NCBI GenBank assembly: GCA_964016885.1
Contig: OZ024748.1
Span: forward strand, 55,490,001 to 55,554,000
Source: Eledone cirrhosa
Lineage: Eukaryota
Direction of reading: 5' to 3'
Length of the DNA: 64,000 nucleotides
Both the position numbers and the translations under genes were made by a program. The notes below the pieces were generated by a model. That model ran no database searches. It had not been told where the DNA came from and saw nothing but the letters and a program-made list of their open reading frames with translations. Below are positions 27,470 to 42,168 of the stretch, one piece after another. Position 1 is the stretch's first letter. Every line of letters starts with the position of its first letter.

Positions 27470-27740
27470 ATGAATGAAAATAGACCGAGGAACGGGACTG
27501 CCCGTCATCATTGGTCTGCTGATTATCATTGGTATTTCTTCGCATTAAAGACCAGATACCTCAAAATCAGTGCGAGCGATAACTAAAATAAGTTATCGGG
27601 ACAGAGCGAATTGGAAAGGGAAAGTAAACAAGCAACATGGTAGTAATGCATCGTAAAGAGAGGAAAAGAGAGACAAGTCAATGATACTTGTGAACTTAAG
27701 TCTGCCCTCTTCTCGTCGATTGATTTGTTCGGATTGACAT
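27470..27740 (-). mobile_element. TA-abutting repeat family G (copy 2)
   Basis: See 25632. Confidence 0.7.
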
Positions 27741-27767
27741 ATATATATATATAACGATTGATATATA

Positions 27768-27902
27768 TAACGAAGGAGGTGTGGTAAGGAACGAGATGGA
27801 CCATAACACACCAGAGTACTCAATACTTAGGGTAGTAGAATAGGTAATAGGAAAATGTTTTACTCCGTCGGCAGAGCTCAAGCCGTTTCGAGGGCTATTT
27901 CT
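27768..27902 (-). mobile_element. Family D element (tail plus one arm)
   Basis: aacgaaggaggtgtggtaagg...gagctcaagccgtttcgagggctatttct. Confidence 0.85.
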
Positions 27903-28102
27903 GTCCTATTTCTATCGATCATACCTGACTCTGTAATCCGTGGCTCGTCAGACCCCTTAACATTACAAGCCGCGGATTACAGAGTCAGATCTGAACGATA
28001 CAGATCGAACCTTGAGCTGGTCAGTGGAGAAACGCGCGTCACCAACCAATAAACGTAATGAAGGAGTAACCAATCGTTCTTGTCATCTTATTTAACTATA
28101 AT

Positions 28103-28286
28103 TGTTTCTACTTTAGGCACAAGGACAGCAATTATCCAGTGCATTACTGGTACTTTATTTTATCGACCCAGTAAGGATGAAAGGCAAAGTCAACCTCGGC
28201 GGGATTTGAACTCAGATCGTAAAGGGACGTAACTATGCTGGAAAGCATGGCGTCCGATCCTCTACCGATACTGCCAATCCACCGCC
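28103..28286 (-). mobile_element. SINE family 1, full length, with 12-bp TSD tttaactataat
   Basis: Direct repeats at 28091-28102 and 28287-28298. Confidence 0.92.
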
Positions 28287-29644
28287 TTTAACTATAATAC
28301 ACTCTGTATAACTTTACACCTCGACACTGAAGTGAACCTAAACACCGAGTGCTCACCCGGGTGAACCTACAGTAACTGCAATTTACACTCCCTGGGTATA
28401 TATATATATGTATATCTATGTTTTTGTGTGTGTATGTGTGTGTATACTAATATATATGTAATAAGACGTTGCAAATAATTGTCTCGCTGCTTCTTTCATT
28501 CATTCATCCATGCATTTATGTGTACCAATATATTTACATATAAATGGCGCATTATCGTTTCTCTAATATCTTTACCGTTTTGTAAACCATGAGATTGTTT
28601 TTACCTTATTACAAAATATTGATACACAAAGTTACTTCTCCAGTTAAGTTAATTAATTCTTGGAACAGAATTCGAATTAGCAAAGTCGGTGAAGCGAACA
28701 AAATCTGTTGTTGCATTTAATTATATCTGGTTACGTACTGTTCAAATGAGGGTGAAGTTGTGTATGCCTTTAATTGGTTCTATATTAGATATATTACCAT
28801 ATATACTCGAATATAAACTGAGGAATGTGTTACCAAAACAACGTTGGTACAATGAGGTGGGGTAGGTTATCAGCTTATTCACGCCATCTAAACAATCTGT
28901 TGATTAGTTGCTCCGGCTTATAAATGAGGTTTGAATTTCTGCCCATTTCTTAGACATAACATAGAGGAGAGGGAGTCGACGTGTATTCAGATCGACTAAT
29001 ATACAAGTATATACGGTAAATACTAGTCAATGATAATAAACACTTTCTTCGGGGTATTCTTTTCACTGTCAATTGACTTGCTAAAAAGAGTAACCAAAGT
29101 TTCTTTGAACCACTCGTCACGATTAAAAATAGACAACAAATGGATGGGCACGCTTAAATAAGAAAAACAGTGACAATCATATTATTGCAAAATCTGCAAC
29201 ATTATTCACATCCTTACGAGCAACTAGATATATGATCTGAGCTATCAATGTGTATGTATTGTATATATAGATAAATAAACATATGTACATTTAAGTGGCA
29301 GATACAGTTTAACACAGCGCAAATGCACATTTGTATATTGCTTTAGGAAAATGATATTTTGCAGGTGCTGAATATTTTAAGCACATTACGAGCTTGCGTA
29401 AATTTACTATACACGAAAAATAATAAAAGTCTCTCGTCTCAACTTTGCGAAATTCGATTTACATACAATTCGATTTACAGAAATTAAAAAAAAAAGTCTA
29501 CAGTCTGATTCTAGCCCAGATATTCATTAGACCTGTGCTAATTCTGGTTTCAGTACCAGCAATTGACAGAGAGTAGAGTATAAGACTTCCCCCACGCTGG
29601 TATGGAAACTAATTCATGGTAGGGTTAAAACCTCAGGGATTGCT

Positions 29645-29790
29645 GGTATTCATCTTCAGGTGTGTATAATGAAGCAGCGTGAAATGAAGTATTTTGCTCA
29701 AGGAAATAACACACAATCCAATTAAGGAATCGAGCTCATGGCAATATGGTCGTAAGTCCAACACACTTAACAATTGGGCACGCGCTTCCT
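29645..29790 (-). mobile_element. SINE family 2, degenerate 5' part
   Basis: gaaatgaagtattttgctcaagg...ggaatcgagctcatg. Confidence 0.55.
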
Positions 29791-29973
29791 CAATTTATAG
29801 AAGGGGCAGGAAAAATTATTATAGCTGTTGGTATATCTGTGTGGGTAAGGGGTAGGTTTCACAATCACGTGATTCTGGTTTCATCTTTGCCCGGACGAGT
29901 GCCACTTTCTAAGTGAGAATCCCTTGGTTATTCGTGACCGTGGTGGATTTTAACCCTTTTATACACACATTGA

Positions 29974-30027
<54 letters not shown>

Positions 30028-30030
<3 letters not shown>

Positions 30031-30217
30031 CGAAGGAAATGTGGTAAGGAACCAGGTGGACCATAACGCACCAAAGTACTCAATACTTGAGGTAGTAGAG
30101 TGGGTAATAGGAACCAGTAAGACCCCGACAGCTGAGCTCAAGCCGTTTCGACGGCTAATTCTCTTGAGAATTAGCCGTCGAAACGGCTTGAGCTCAGCTG
30201 TCGGGGTCTTACTGGTT

Positions 30218-30222
<5 letters not shown>
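30028..30222 (-). mobile_element. Family D element with perfect 57-bp-arm palindrome
   Basis: 30107-30163 is the exact reverse complement of 30166-30222 (loop TT). (TA)n lies on both sides. Confidence 0.92.
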
Positions 30223-30292
<70 letters not shown>

Positions 30293-30303
30293 ATGTGTGT
30301 GCG

Positions 30304-30335
<32 letters not shown>

Positions 30336-31940
30336 GAAGACAGTGCTCAATAGGGAAGAAAGCAGAAGTATTATATTATTCATTTATGTTCATACACGAA
30401 GCAAGGGGACTATCCAATGTTTCAAGGCCCCCACTTGAACATATCCCCAGATTACAAGAGGGATATACTCATATAAACTACTGAAGAAAGGCCACGAATT
30501 TGATATTCCAAGTATTCTGGAGTTATGGACATATTTAGGCCTTGAAACCTTGTGTAGCGCCTTTGGTTCTTGTTGAACATAAATAAATAATGTAATATAA
30601 TATAATACATAATATATAAATATATATATATATATATATAATGTCTACTATTGGCACAAGGCCAGTTATTTGGGGGTAGGGGTAAGTCAATTATTTTGAG
30701 CCCAGTGCATTACTTCTAATTTACTTTATCGACCCCGTAAGGATGAAAGGAAAAGCTAACCCCACCGGGATTTGAACACAGAACTTAATACACTAATATA
30801 CACATGCACATATATATGAGGTATGTGTGAGCGTGTTTGATGATCTTTTATCGTTTATTCTCTTCTTCTCTTTCCCTTCACCCCGTGATGTCGGTCGTTC
30901 CACTCCCTTCTTTCGCCATCAGGTTACTGTTAATTAATTAAGCATATGACAAATATAAAACCTAAATTTCCTATATTATATATATGTAAAAAGATTAATT
31001 TTGATATGTATATCTCTTCAGAATATCTTTATGGGCAATTATGCCTTTATCATAAATGAATTTAAATCCACGTTATGTTCTTCGAAGTTGTATTTATTCA
31101 TTTTTCTGATATAAGGTTACTGGATAAGATGAAATGAAATGAAACATATGTGGGAATAGATATGCTTATTTCATTTATTTCGTCCATCATACTAGATCGT
31201 TCAGCAACATCTAAATATATCTTCATCGGAAGTTCACTATTGTGAAGATCTCCTGCGGTGAAGGAAACATTTTAATTTCACTCACGCTCGCGTACACGCG
31301 TACACGCATGCATATATCATTTCCATACATATACATCCATCTCCATATACACAAACACGCACACAAGCACGCACCATCTCCTCAACAAACACACACTAAC
31401 TCATCGACACACAAAACACACGCACACTTCTCCATGCACACAACTACACACACACACACACACACACATATTTATCTCCATATATACACGAAAACACACA
31501 GAAGCATGCACTACCTCACCTCAACAAACACATACTAAGGCATAGACACACAAAACACACGCACACCCATCTTCATGCACACAAACACACACATACACAC
31601 ATTCGTCTCCATACACACAAACCCACACATACACACATTCGTCTCCGTACACACAAACACAGACTCACATATCAACGCAAACTCTCCACTCTCTAAACAC
31701 ACACTAACTCAGGCAATCATACGTAAATACACACACACACACACAAAAGAACACAAACACCCCCTTTCTACACACACACACATTTCGAAAACCATGAAGA
31801 CTCCAAGTCAGAGTAATACTTATCTCCTGCAGTGATAGAAATATGTAATTTACACTCACGTGCACGCGATCATACACTCACACCTCCTTACGCTCAAACA
31901 CACACACACATCCATCTCATATCCAGACAAACACACTCAT

Positions 31941-32437
31941 ACAGAGACAGATAGTCACACGGTTCGGAAACTGAGAAAACCACAATCAGAATAGTACTCA
32001 ATGCATATGAGGTTGCAGTGTATGTATTGAGCACTGATTTGATTCAGGGTCCGCTGAATCAAATAGTGAAAGCATTTAACTATCTAATTCGGTGATCTTC
32101 ATGTTGAAGTCAGGGATTTCTAGTTTAGATTGGAAATGTTTCTGTTATAAAAAGTCATTTCTCTTTATAACAGAAACATTTCCAATCTAAACTAGAAATC
32201 CCTGACTTTAACATGAGCCATTCCTCTTTATAACAGAAACATCTCCAATCTAAACTAGAAACCCCTGACTTCAACATGAAGATCACCGAATTAGATAGTT
32301 AAATACTTTCACTATTTGATTTAGCGGACCCTGAATCAAATCAGTACTCAATACATACACTGCAACATCATATGCATCGAGTACTATTCTGATTGTGGTT
32401 TTCTCAGTTTCCGAACCGTGTGTCTATCTGTCTCTGT
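31941..32437. mobile_element. Foldback/MITE-like element with ~210-bp inverted arms
   Basis: acagagacagatagtcacacggttcggaaac...gtttccgaaccgtgtgtctatctgtctctgt. An extra ~55-bp copy of the inner arm lies at 32161-32216. Confidence 0.88.
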
Positions 32438-33564
32438 TAGACACTAAGAGTTTCCTTCAAATAAAATGAAAAGCTTTTCCATGGGTAAGCACAAATTTTA
32501 GTTTAATATATGCAGAGCATATTCAATATCGTTTTGAAGAATCTTATCAGCTAATCTAGAATAATGATTTCTATCTATATTAAACAACCCAGTGGCTACA
32601 CGATTTGTACTTCTTGTTGTTATTGCTTTTGTTTTCTTCTTGTTATTGCTGTTGATGTTATACTCTTTGTCAAAGCTGCAGTTGCTTATCGCAGTTTTAA
32701 ATCTATGGCATATAGTGAGAGATTTGGTCATTTGGCAAAACTAGTCCCCAATTCTGTTAATCTATGCAATCACCTTCTCAGTGGTCAATGACTCGTTGTA
32801 GTTTATAATATGAGGTACAGCGCGGCAAATTATGCATGGTGCATGATACATTCCAACTCTGTCTGGCCTGTTCTTTTATTCTGAAAGATTACAAACTATT
32901 GTCCGATGACTCATCGTTACATTGTTGATACTTTATCAAGACATTAAATGCTATCATGGACAGAATGTAAGACATTGATAAAAATATAAACATAAAAAGT
33001 TCCTAAGTGAGAAACAAATTCGTTAATAAATGTTTTCATATATAAACAATTAATCAAATTATTATTCGGTGAAGTGTATTTATAGTAAATATACACATGC
33101 ATTTCAAATGAATTAATTACTTAGATTTTTAAAGAGTTGACATTGTAAGCACTGATATCAGTGATAAAAATAAATACCGGTTTACAAATTGATGTTTATC
33201 ATGTCAGATATGAATGCCCACATCGTGAATTCAGTAATATTTTGAACATATTATTTGTTTTATAATATTTTTCTTGGAAAAACTTGGTATAACTATAAAG
33301 AAAGATGAAGAGAAATCATTCTTCTTTCCAAATAAAATATCGAAGATTCTATTGTTAGATGGTTTTGTTATCATGTCATGAACTTCTACAACTCACCTTC
33401 ATATATTTTAATGATATTCTAGAAATATAACGACCGCATACGGATACTTTTCCTTATATATTGATTGAATTGTACTATCTCAAAAAGTTTCTTTTTAAAT
33501 AAACTAATCTCCTGACCCGTCTTCACAATTAGAATTCATAATGTTATTAATAACAACCTTATTG

Positions 33565-33640
<76 letters not shown>

Positions 33641-33774
33641 TAGTATATTTTTTATTAATCATGGATGTAACTAACAGAAAATATCACAATGTCTACATAC
33701 GGTAGAATACGAAACGAAATATAAAAAACAAATTACAAATATAAAATATAAATCTCGTGATATTATTGTGTTGT

Positions 33775-34070
33775 CTTTCATCCCAACTGGGTCGAAAAAT
33801 AAAGTACCAGTTATGCACTACGGTCGAAGTAATCGACTTTCCCCTACTCCGTAAATTGCTGGCCTTCTGCCCAAACCAGAAACCATTATTTTTGGCGGTG
33901 GAAAGTCGGACGCCATGCTTTTCAGCAATGAGTTACGGCCCTTTATGGCCTGAGTTCAAATCCCGCCGAGGTTAATTTTGCATTTCATCCTTACGGGGTC
34001 GATAAAATAAGTACCAGTAATACACTGGTATAATTGCTGGCCTTGTGCCAAAAGTAGAAACAATTATTAT
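33775..34070 (+). mobile_element. SINE family 1, two tandem copies
   Basis: gagttcaaatcccgccgaggttaattttgcatttcatccttacggggtcgataaaataagtaccag. Confidence 0.85.
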
Positions 34071-34754
34071 TGTTGTTGTAGTGTTTATCTTTCCGCGGAG
34101 CCAATGCACGATTGAGCTTAGCTCTGTATGCCTTGGACATGTTCAGTGTTGTATTTGGGGATTTAAATCTAGTGAATTGAAACGACTCTTCGTAATGTGT
34201 GAACAGTTCCTAGTAGTACTAAATCTGTTTATTGTATATCATCATCATCATCATCGTCATCATCATCAGTAGTAGTAGTAATAGTCAGGCACCTGCGCTG
34301 AATTTCTTTGCTAATTTTGGAAATATATTTACTACGTATATTGTTACTGTTTTCATTATGTTTAAGGTGAAGCTAAGGTTATGACTAGGTTCAGTTTTTG
34401 AGTGTCAAATATCGGAAGCTCTGGTCAATCTAACAACTTTTATGAATAAAAAATGCAAAAACAGCTTATGATCGTTATTTTCTTCATTTTCTCATCTATT
34501 ATTAATTTACTATTTCTTAATACGTATCACCGAAAATATATTTAAGAAGGAGTCAAGGAAATTAGCTCTATGTGGTTTCTCAATATTTTCGACGCAGAGC
34601 TTACGATATCTTTCAAACTTCACCGTAATTTCCTAAGCCTTTCAATAATTCATTTTTAACCGAAAATGTTTAATTTTCCTCAAATTATGCTAGTAATAGA
34701 TATTTTTAGGTGCTTATATTTAGTTGAAATATTGTACATTTTTGTTTAAATAAT

Positions 34755-34929
34755 TATTTCTACTTTTAGCACAAGGCCGGCAATTATCCCAGTGCATTAC
34801 TGGTACTTTATTTTATCGACCTCGTAAGGATTAAAGGCAAAGTTAACTTCGGCAGGATTTGAACTCACACCATAAAGGGCCGTAACTCTTTGCTGTAAAG
34901 CAAGGCGTCCGACCCTCTACCGATACTGC
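34755..34929 (-). mobile_element. SINE family 1 with 13-bp TSD ttgtttaaataat
   Basis: Direct repeats at 34742-34754 and 34930-34942. Confidence 0.9.
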
Positions 34930-35579
34930 TTGTTTAAATAATGTATAAAATTGCTTCAAATTTACTCCATTTCTGCATACTATTAAAAATTGTTAAGTTT
35001 TGATGGATATTAGGAGGAGAATTCAGTAGAAAGCATACTTTATTATGTGACATTTCCCTAGAGTATTGAACAAGATAAGAGAAAGCAGACATTGAATAAG
35101 AATGTCTAAATGCATGCTATGTCTGGCAGATATACCACATACGTCTGATGTCATTCACCATGATTAAAATGAAAATCGTATAATTATTATTACTATAAAA
35201 AATAGCAATGTTTTGTAGAAACGAGAAATTACACAGTAGCTGTTGATTTAAAAGCAATATGACATTTAATATGAAAATCTATCATTTCAATTGTTAATGA
35301 CAACTGGAGCGATATACAATTATCATGTGTAAAGACATTGATGGTTTAGTTCTTTGGATATACATAGACATGAACAAAGAACCTGTAATAATATAAAATA
35401 TAAAGCATGTATTAGGTTTCTTTGTAACCAGTAAGCTAATTATGATTGTTTTGTATACAGAGTGTAACTGTGCAAACACATCAATTGGTCAAATTACTGT
35501 AATTTATAATTGGGACATTAATTAATTGCCGTGAAGTACAAACACCATTTTTATACACGATTTCCCTTGGATACTTATT

Positions 35580-35848
35580 CGCCACCCACATATTCCTGAG
35601 AGGGTCATGGGTGCAGAGTCCTCAAAAAATCCTTTCAGTGGTACCTGTCAGAAGCAACTGTCTCCAACTAATCTGGGTGTATCCCCAAATGAGGCCAGCC
35701 AAACTCAGAGATGTTATCCAATCATCTTGCTCGGTGTCTGCCCCTGGGACTCTTGCCGGTTGGTTTTGCTCGTAAAATCTGTCCAGCGATTCTTTCTTGA
35801 GACATTCTCACCACATGCCCATCGGAGCTGTGATCTCTCAATTCGAAA
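35580..35848 (-). mobile_element. Decayed RTE LINE 3' end (different family)
   Basis: Minus-strand translation with frameshift and stops: IERSQLRW/GHVVRMSQERIAGQILRAKPTGKSPRGRHRAR*LDNI. Confidence 0.8.
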
Positions 35849-35870
35849 AATTGATTTGAAAATAATCTAC

Positions 35871-35901
<31 letters not shown>

Positions 35902-35917
35902 ATGTATTTATATATTT

Positions 35918-36007
<90 letters not shown>

Positions 36008-37864
36008 TTAAAAACATTATTATCTATGCTCCACTACTCGGCATTCATTGTTCCTTCTATCATTTGACACTCTATTGACATATATCCACACGCCTATTTA
36101 TATATACGTTGCCCTTCTACTCTTGTTTCTTCCAAATTCATCACACCAGGCATTATTCAACTTCAGACTATAATAAAAGACACGGCTCAATGAACCCTTG
36201 TGGCTAATAAATTACAAATATATATAATATATATATATATATATGTCAGTCATGGTATGTAGCATATAGCAAGCGATTCATTTTTAAACCAGCAATAGAG
36301 CAAGAGTTTTAAGTCTGTCACGAAAAACCTGCAGGTCGTTATTGAATTAGAACAAATAGTTCATGAGAATAGTTTACTAACATTTGCTGAGCCGTCTATC
36401 GCTATTTTCAGAAACCAGTTATACTGTTATTTTCTATATAGATTTTATTGTATGTCATTCCAGTTGTAAAATTAGAAATGCGATGCTGAAAACACTTCTT
36501 AAATATATATGTTATATTTAATTCAATAGCCAAGTCAGCGGATTGTCATAACATCCTAGCTGATGTCTGCACAATACTATAATTATTGTATATTAGTATG
36601 TCGATTCATAACACATAATCGTCGTTTTTATCAGAGAAAATTGTCATGCTTAGTATGTACTCTCTTATTGACTGTCAGGCTGCTAAACTTCCAAAGTATT
36701 TTAAATTTCTCATTTTCTAAGGCAGGTATAGATTCACAGAATATTTTCCCATAAGTGGTTAAAACTAGGTGACCAGTATTATATAAAGTAATTTTACTAT
36801 ATAAGGCGTCTCCGAGGAAACTTCATTAATGTTATATCAGTCTAAGAGCATAATTTTTCAAAAGTATCTTTGCAAATATACGTAAAATAATGTATTGCTT
36901 TAGAAGACAGACGGCATTCGTAAAGTTTCAGTTATTTATATACTAAATTTTGAAGTTACTCTACAGAAAAATCTCTGCGTTGCTTTTATGGTCTCGGCGA
37001 TAATATTCTAGATGTTTTAAATATTGTGAGATTAGAAAACGTGTCATCTGCTAGAAAACCAAGAAATTGAGATCGTGTAATGCTATTGTCAGTTAGGGTA
37101 TGAGAAATTATAAACAAAAGAAATATTCCTAAAAAAAAATATATATATATATCTTATCCGTAAAGTTCAGCAGATGTATATACATTCACAAAACACAAAA
37201 TCTCGTACTGATAGACATTAGCAAATAAGCATACACATACACATACGCATAAAGTGACATACTGACACACGCAGATACACATATTCAGTTGTGTATACAT
37301 AAACACGCACATCAATCGAGGGTGCTTGAGATGGATGCCATTACCTATAACTAAACCAGATAGTCTACAATTTACATTTAATCATATACTTGAGAGTTTT
37401 CTGAAAAGATCAAAATCTACTAGTGATGAAAATTTCAAAGTACTTAAGTTTCTTTATCCTTAGTATAGTCACAGGCTCGATCTAACATACCAACATATCG
37501 TCTTTCATACCGTAATTGTTTACCTCAATACCAGTATCGCTGATATGGTAATTTAATAATGCTAGTTTTCCTTCGTTAATTAACAAAAAAGCGATGATCT
37601 ATGAGTTGAAATACACTTCTAAAGCCTATTCCTGTAGAGTACCATTACGTAAATAGAAGCATATATGACTAGATACTTGCGTCGCTGTAGGTGGAATAAC
37701 TTCTCCCACACATTCACACGTACACACACACACACAAACATACGCACATATACACACACACAAACATACGCACACATACACACACACACAAACATACACA
37801 CATTCACTCACATATATATATATATATATATACACACAAAAAAAACATGCGTGCACATTTATGT

Positions 37865-38165
37865 GTGTGCTGGACTTCCATCAGTCTCGACGATGAGTAT
37901 TCTAGGTGTTTGATCAAGAGAACAACTACTAATCAAATTAACGTTAAATAATCGAGCAGTTGCTTCGAGTAGGGAATCAGCATGATAGAGTGTGTAACAA
38001 GGTTAAACCTTTGAAGTACAGATACAACTAATTTGTATCATCTGAGTCGACTGGAGTAACGGGAAAAGCTTTTTGTTGAAGCATGAAACGAGTCGCCACA
38101 AAGGAAACTAACGATGTTATGTTCCCAAACTGGACAGCCTAACTACTAAACTTCGTCTCCTTCCC
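37865..38165 (-). mobile_element. SINE family 2, long degenerate copy
   Basis: Its 3' part (ctgagtcgactggagtaacg...cctaactactaa) resembles 15-135. Resemblance to an octopus SINE is recalled from memory. Confidence 0.45.
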
Positions 38166-38761
38166 CACACTGATATATGTTGGTACCTATATATTCTATG
38201 CTATTTCGTCTCCCCTCTATCAGACTCACATTCACACACAATGACTCTCTCATTTTGAGCAATAATCTAAACTATAATAAAGGAAGGTCTGCGGGACTAC
38301 GTACGGTTTATTTATTTTTTATCCCGTTAGTAAAATAAGTTGCATTACTTTGAATAAATAATGAATGAATATTACATTATATCTACTAAATTTCGCAAAC
38401 AAAAATAATTTCGTAAAAAAAATTAATTTAAAATTGACTTCTTTTCAAAGTTGCACTTCCGGTATTTCGTTGCCACCACCACCACTTCAACTACCATATA
38501 TATAGAAAGAGAGAGTGTGTGATGCCAACACTTCTGGTGGCGATCACTTAAATAAACATACTAATTTTCTGTCACTTCATGGATTACGTTACTGATTACA
38601 TAAGACAGTGTAACAACGTCTTCGTTCAATTTCAGTGTATATTGCCAATTACGATTTTATTTGATGTATCATATCTACATGTATATATACTTGCGTATAA
38701 TATCAATATACACACTAGACATGCTAGCAGAAAACCACCCGAAGTGTGGTTTTTATAATAA

Positions 38762-39181
38762 TAATTGTTTTTATTTTGGGCACAAGGCCAGCAATTATCC
38801 TAGTGTATTACTGGTACTTTATTTTATCGACCCCGCAAGGATGAAAGGCAAAGTTAACCTCGGCGGGATTTCAACTCAGAATGGCAAGGGCCGTAACTCT
38901 ATGAGTCAAAGCATGGCGTCCGACCCTCTAATAATAATAATAATCTTTGTTTCTACATTTGGCACAAAGGTAATGAACGGAAGAGAAAAGTTGATTAAAC
39001 CGACCGCAGTTCTTTACCGGTACTTTATTTTATGGACCAATAAAGGACGAAAGGTATAATAATAATTGTTTCTACTTTTTGGCACAAGGCCAGCAATTAC
39101 CCAGTACATTACTGGTACTTTATTTTATCGACCCCGTAAGGATGACAGGCAAAGTTAACCTCGGCGGGATTTGAACTCAGA
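38762..39181 (-). mobile_element. SINE family 1 cluster (3 copies separated by (AAT)n)
   Basis: Consensus matches. Confidence 0.88.
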
Positions 39182-39365
39182 TAATAATAATGAATTCGTT
39201 TGTAAGTTTTCTCTAGTAATCACTTTCTAGGTGAAGCGTTAATTGGCCACAGACCAGTCCCTGATCTCAGAGACTCAATACATCACACAGGATTTTGGCC
39301 GTGCCAGTGATGCTAGGCATTTGAGCATACCTATGGCGTCTGGGATCTCAAGACTTTTAATGAAA

Positions 39366-39485
39366 GACGTAAGGAGGTGTGGTAAGCAACCAGATGGACC
39401 ATAACGCACCAGAGTACTCAATACTTAGGGTAGTAGAGTGGGTAATAGGAAAATGCAGAGCTAAAGCCGTTTCGAGGGCTATTTC
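39366..39485 (-). mobile_element. Family D element (internally deleted)
   Basis: aaggaggtgtggtaagcaaccagatggaccataacgcaccagagtactcaatac. Confidence 0.8.
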
Positions 39486-39848
39486 ATATATATATATATA
39501 TAGGTTATGTTTCCGAGGCAATCCAGGAACGGATGAAGAACCCAAGAGCACACACTTCGTCCGTTCCTATGTCGATTCAATTTGGATTGCCTCGGAAACA
39601 TAACCTTATTGTGTAACAAGCCGTCTGACGATGTCGCGGCACTGTCGCACGGAACAGTGTGGCCACTGTCGCCATTGAAATATATATCACAGCATTATTC
39701 TTAAAAGACTTGAACATCTGAAACTACTTCGCTTTTCCTTATTCGATATTTACTCCATCACTCCTATGTGGAATAAGTACGTTGAGTGCTTGAATTGAAT
39801 TGCATCAATGTTTACCCTAAGTATATATATATATATATATATATATAT

Positions 39849-40149
39849 AATGATAGTGATGATGATGGTCAATATATATTTCACGGCCAATTTTAAATTC
39901 TAATTTTCAAATTTTATAACTTTAACTATATATTTTATATGCTTAAGTCACAGGATATTCTACTGACACCTGTACACGTAGTATAATTGTAAGTTATTTT
40001 GAGCCGACTTTATTCTTTGGAACCTGTTTGAGCGATGGTGAAAGCCGCTTGCTCAAACTGACACGCTGTGGCTTCGAACACTCTATTTCAAGGCTTTAAA
40101 GCACAGTTTGTAAACATCTGGCAAATGTGCACCATGTACATATATAATA
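39849..40149. repeat. ~290-bp direct repeat, copy 1 (copy 2 at 42745-43024)
   Basis: Near-identical from atagtgatgatgatggtcaatatatatttcacggcc to gtgcaccatgtacatatataata. Both copies start right after (TA)n. Confidence 0.9.
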
Positions 40150-40246
40150 GGGCCCTAAACACGATTGGCACCCCGTCGGTCTCAATACGGGGCTCAGTTC
40201 TAATAGCGCCTACAATATCTGCATACGTATTCATAACAATACTAAT

Positions 40247-41035
40247 GATTTCTAGTATAGGCACAAGGTTAGTAATTTTGGGGGAGAGGGAAGTCGATTA
40301 AATCGACCTTAGTCCCTTACTCGTGCTTCATTTTATCGACCCCGATGAAAGGCAAAGTTAACCTCGGCGGGATTTGAAATCAGAACGTAAATGGTCTAAA
40401 CTCTATGCCACTAAGCATGTTGTTCGACGCTCTACCGATTCTGCCAAACCACCAAATAATAATAGTACTATTACTACTAATAATTGTTTCTACTTTTGGC
40501 ACAAGGCCAGCAATTACCCAGTGCATTACAGGTACTTTATTTTATCAACCCCGTAAGGGTGAAAGGCAAAGTTAACCTCGGCGGGATTTGAACTCAGAAT
40601 GGCAAGGGCCGTAACTATATACGTCAAAGCATGGCGACCGACCCTCTACCGATACTGCCAATCCACCGCCCTTCTACTACTACTACTTCTAATAATAATA
40701 ATTAGTTGTGGGAAGGTTTGATTGCCACATTAGCGAGCCGAGTATATATACAGTATACATTCATGGACTTACATGTAGTCTTTATATACAAATGTATGTC
40801 CGTATTAAACATTTGATCATTCATTTTGAGTGATAGCAATTAAGACAACACACCTTTTGGCATTGAGTTACGGCCCTTTATGATCTGAGTTTAAATCCTG
40901 CTGAGGTTAGCCTTGCCTTTCATCCTTTCGGGTTCGGAAGGTTAAAATAAAGTACCAGTAATGTACTGAGATCGATTTAGTCGACTTTCCCCTCTCTTGA
41001 AATTGTTGGCCTTGTGCCTAAATCAGAAACAAATA
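40247..41035. mobile_element. SINE family 1 copies: 40247-40453 (-), 40481-40671 (-), 40860-41035 (+)
   Basis: Consensus matches. Confidence 0.85.
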
Positions 41036-41554
41036 ATTATGATGTATAGGTGTAGCTATGGAAGAGTATGATTGCTTTCAAATTAAATCAAAGTACATAC
41101 TTTAATATCATTTACCATTTCGTCCATGTATATTCAGAGGTAATATATTAATCATCGCTGTCTCGCTGAACCCCAAAATGCCCCTCTCCATTCACCCATT
41201 CTCTCTATATATTTATATATGTATATTTGTTCACATAAATATGTATAAAGATATGTATGTTTGAGTGTATGTAATATTGTCTCGCCTAAAATTTGTGTGT
41301 GTTACTTAATGCTTCGTCTAAATTGTTTTTTAAGATATAAAGAATTAAGGGATGGGTTCATCAGGCATCTGGACCACCCAATTTTGAAAAGCATGGAAGA
41401 TGTTTATCTTTTCGGTATGCAACTTTATATGAGATATCATTAACGGAAGCCTTTACCTCCTGAACATTTGGCCCCAAGGGTGTGTCATATTTAAGACAAG
41501 GTTATTATGGTTTCAATTAAAACTGCTCAGCATCGAAACATCTAAGAACATTTG

Positions 41555-42168
<614 letters not shown>

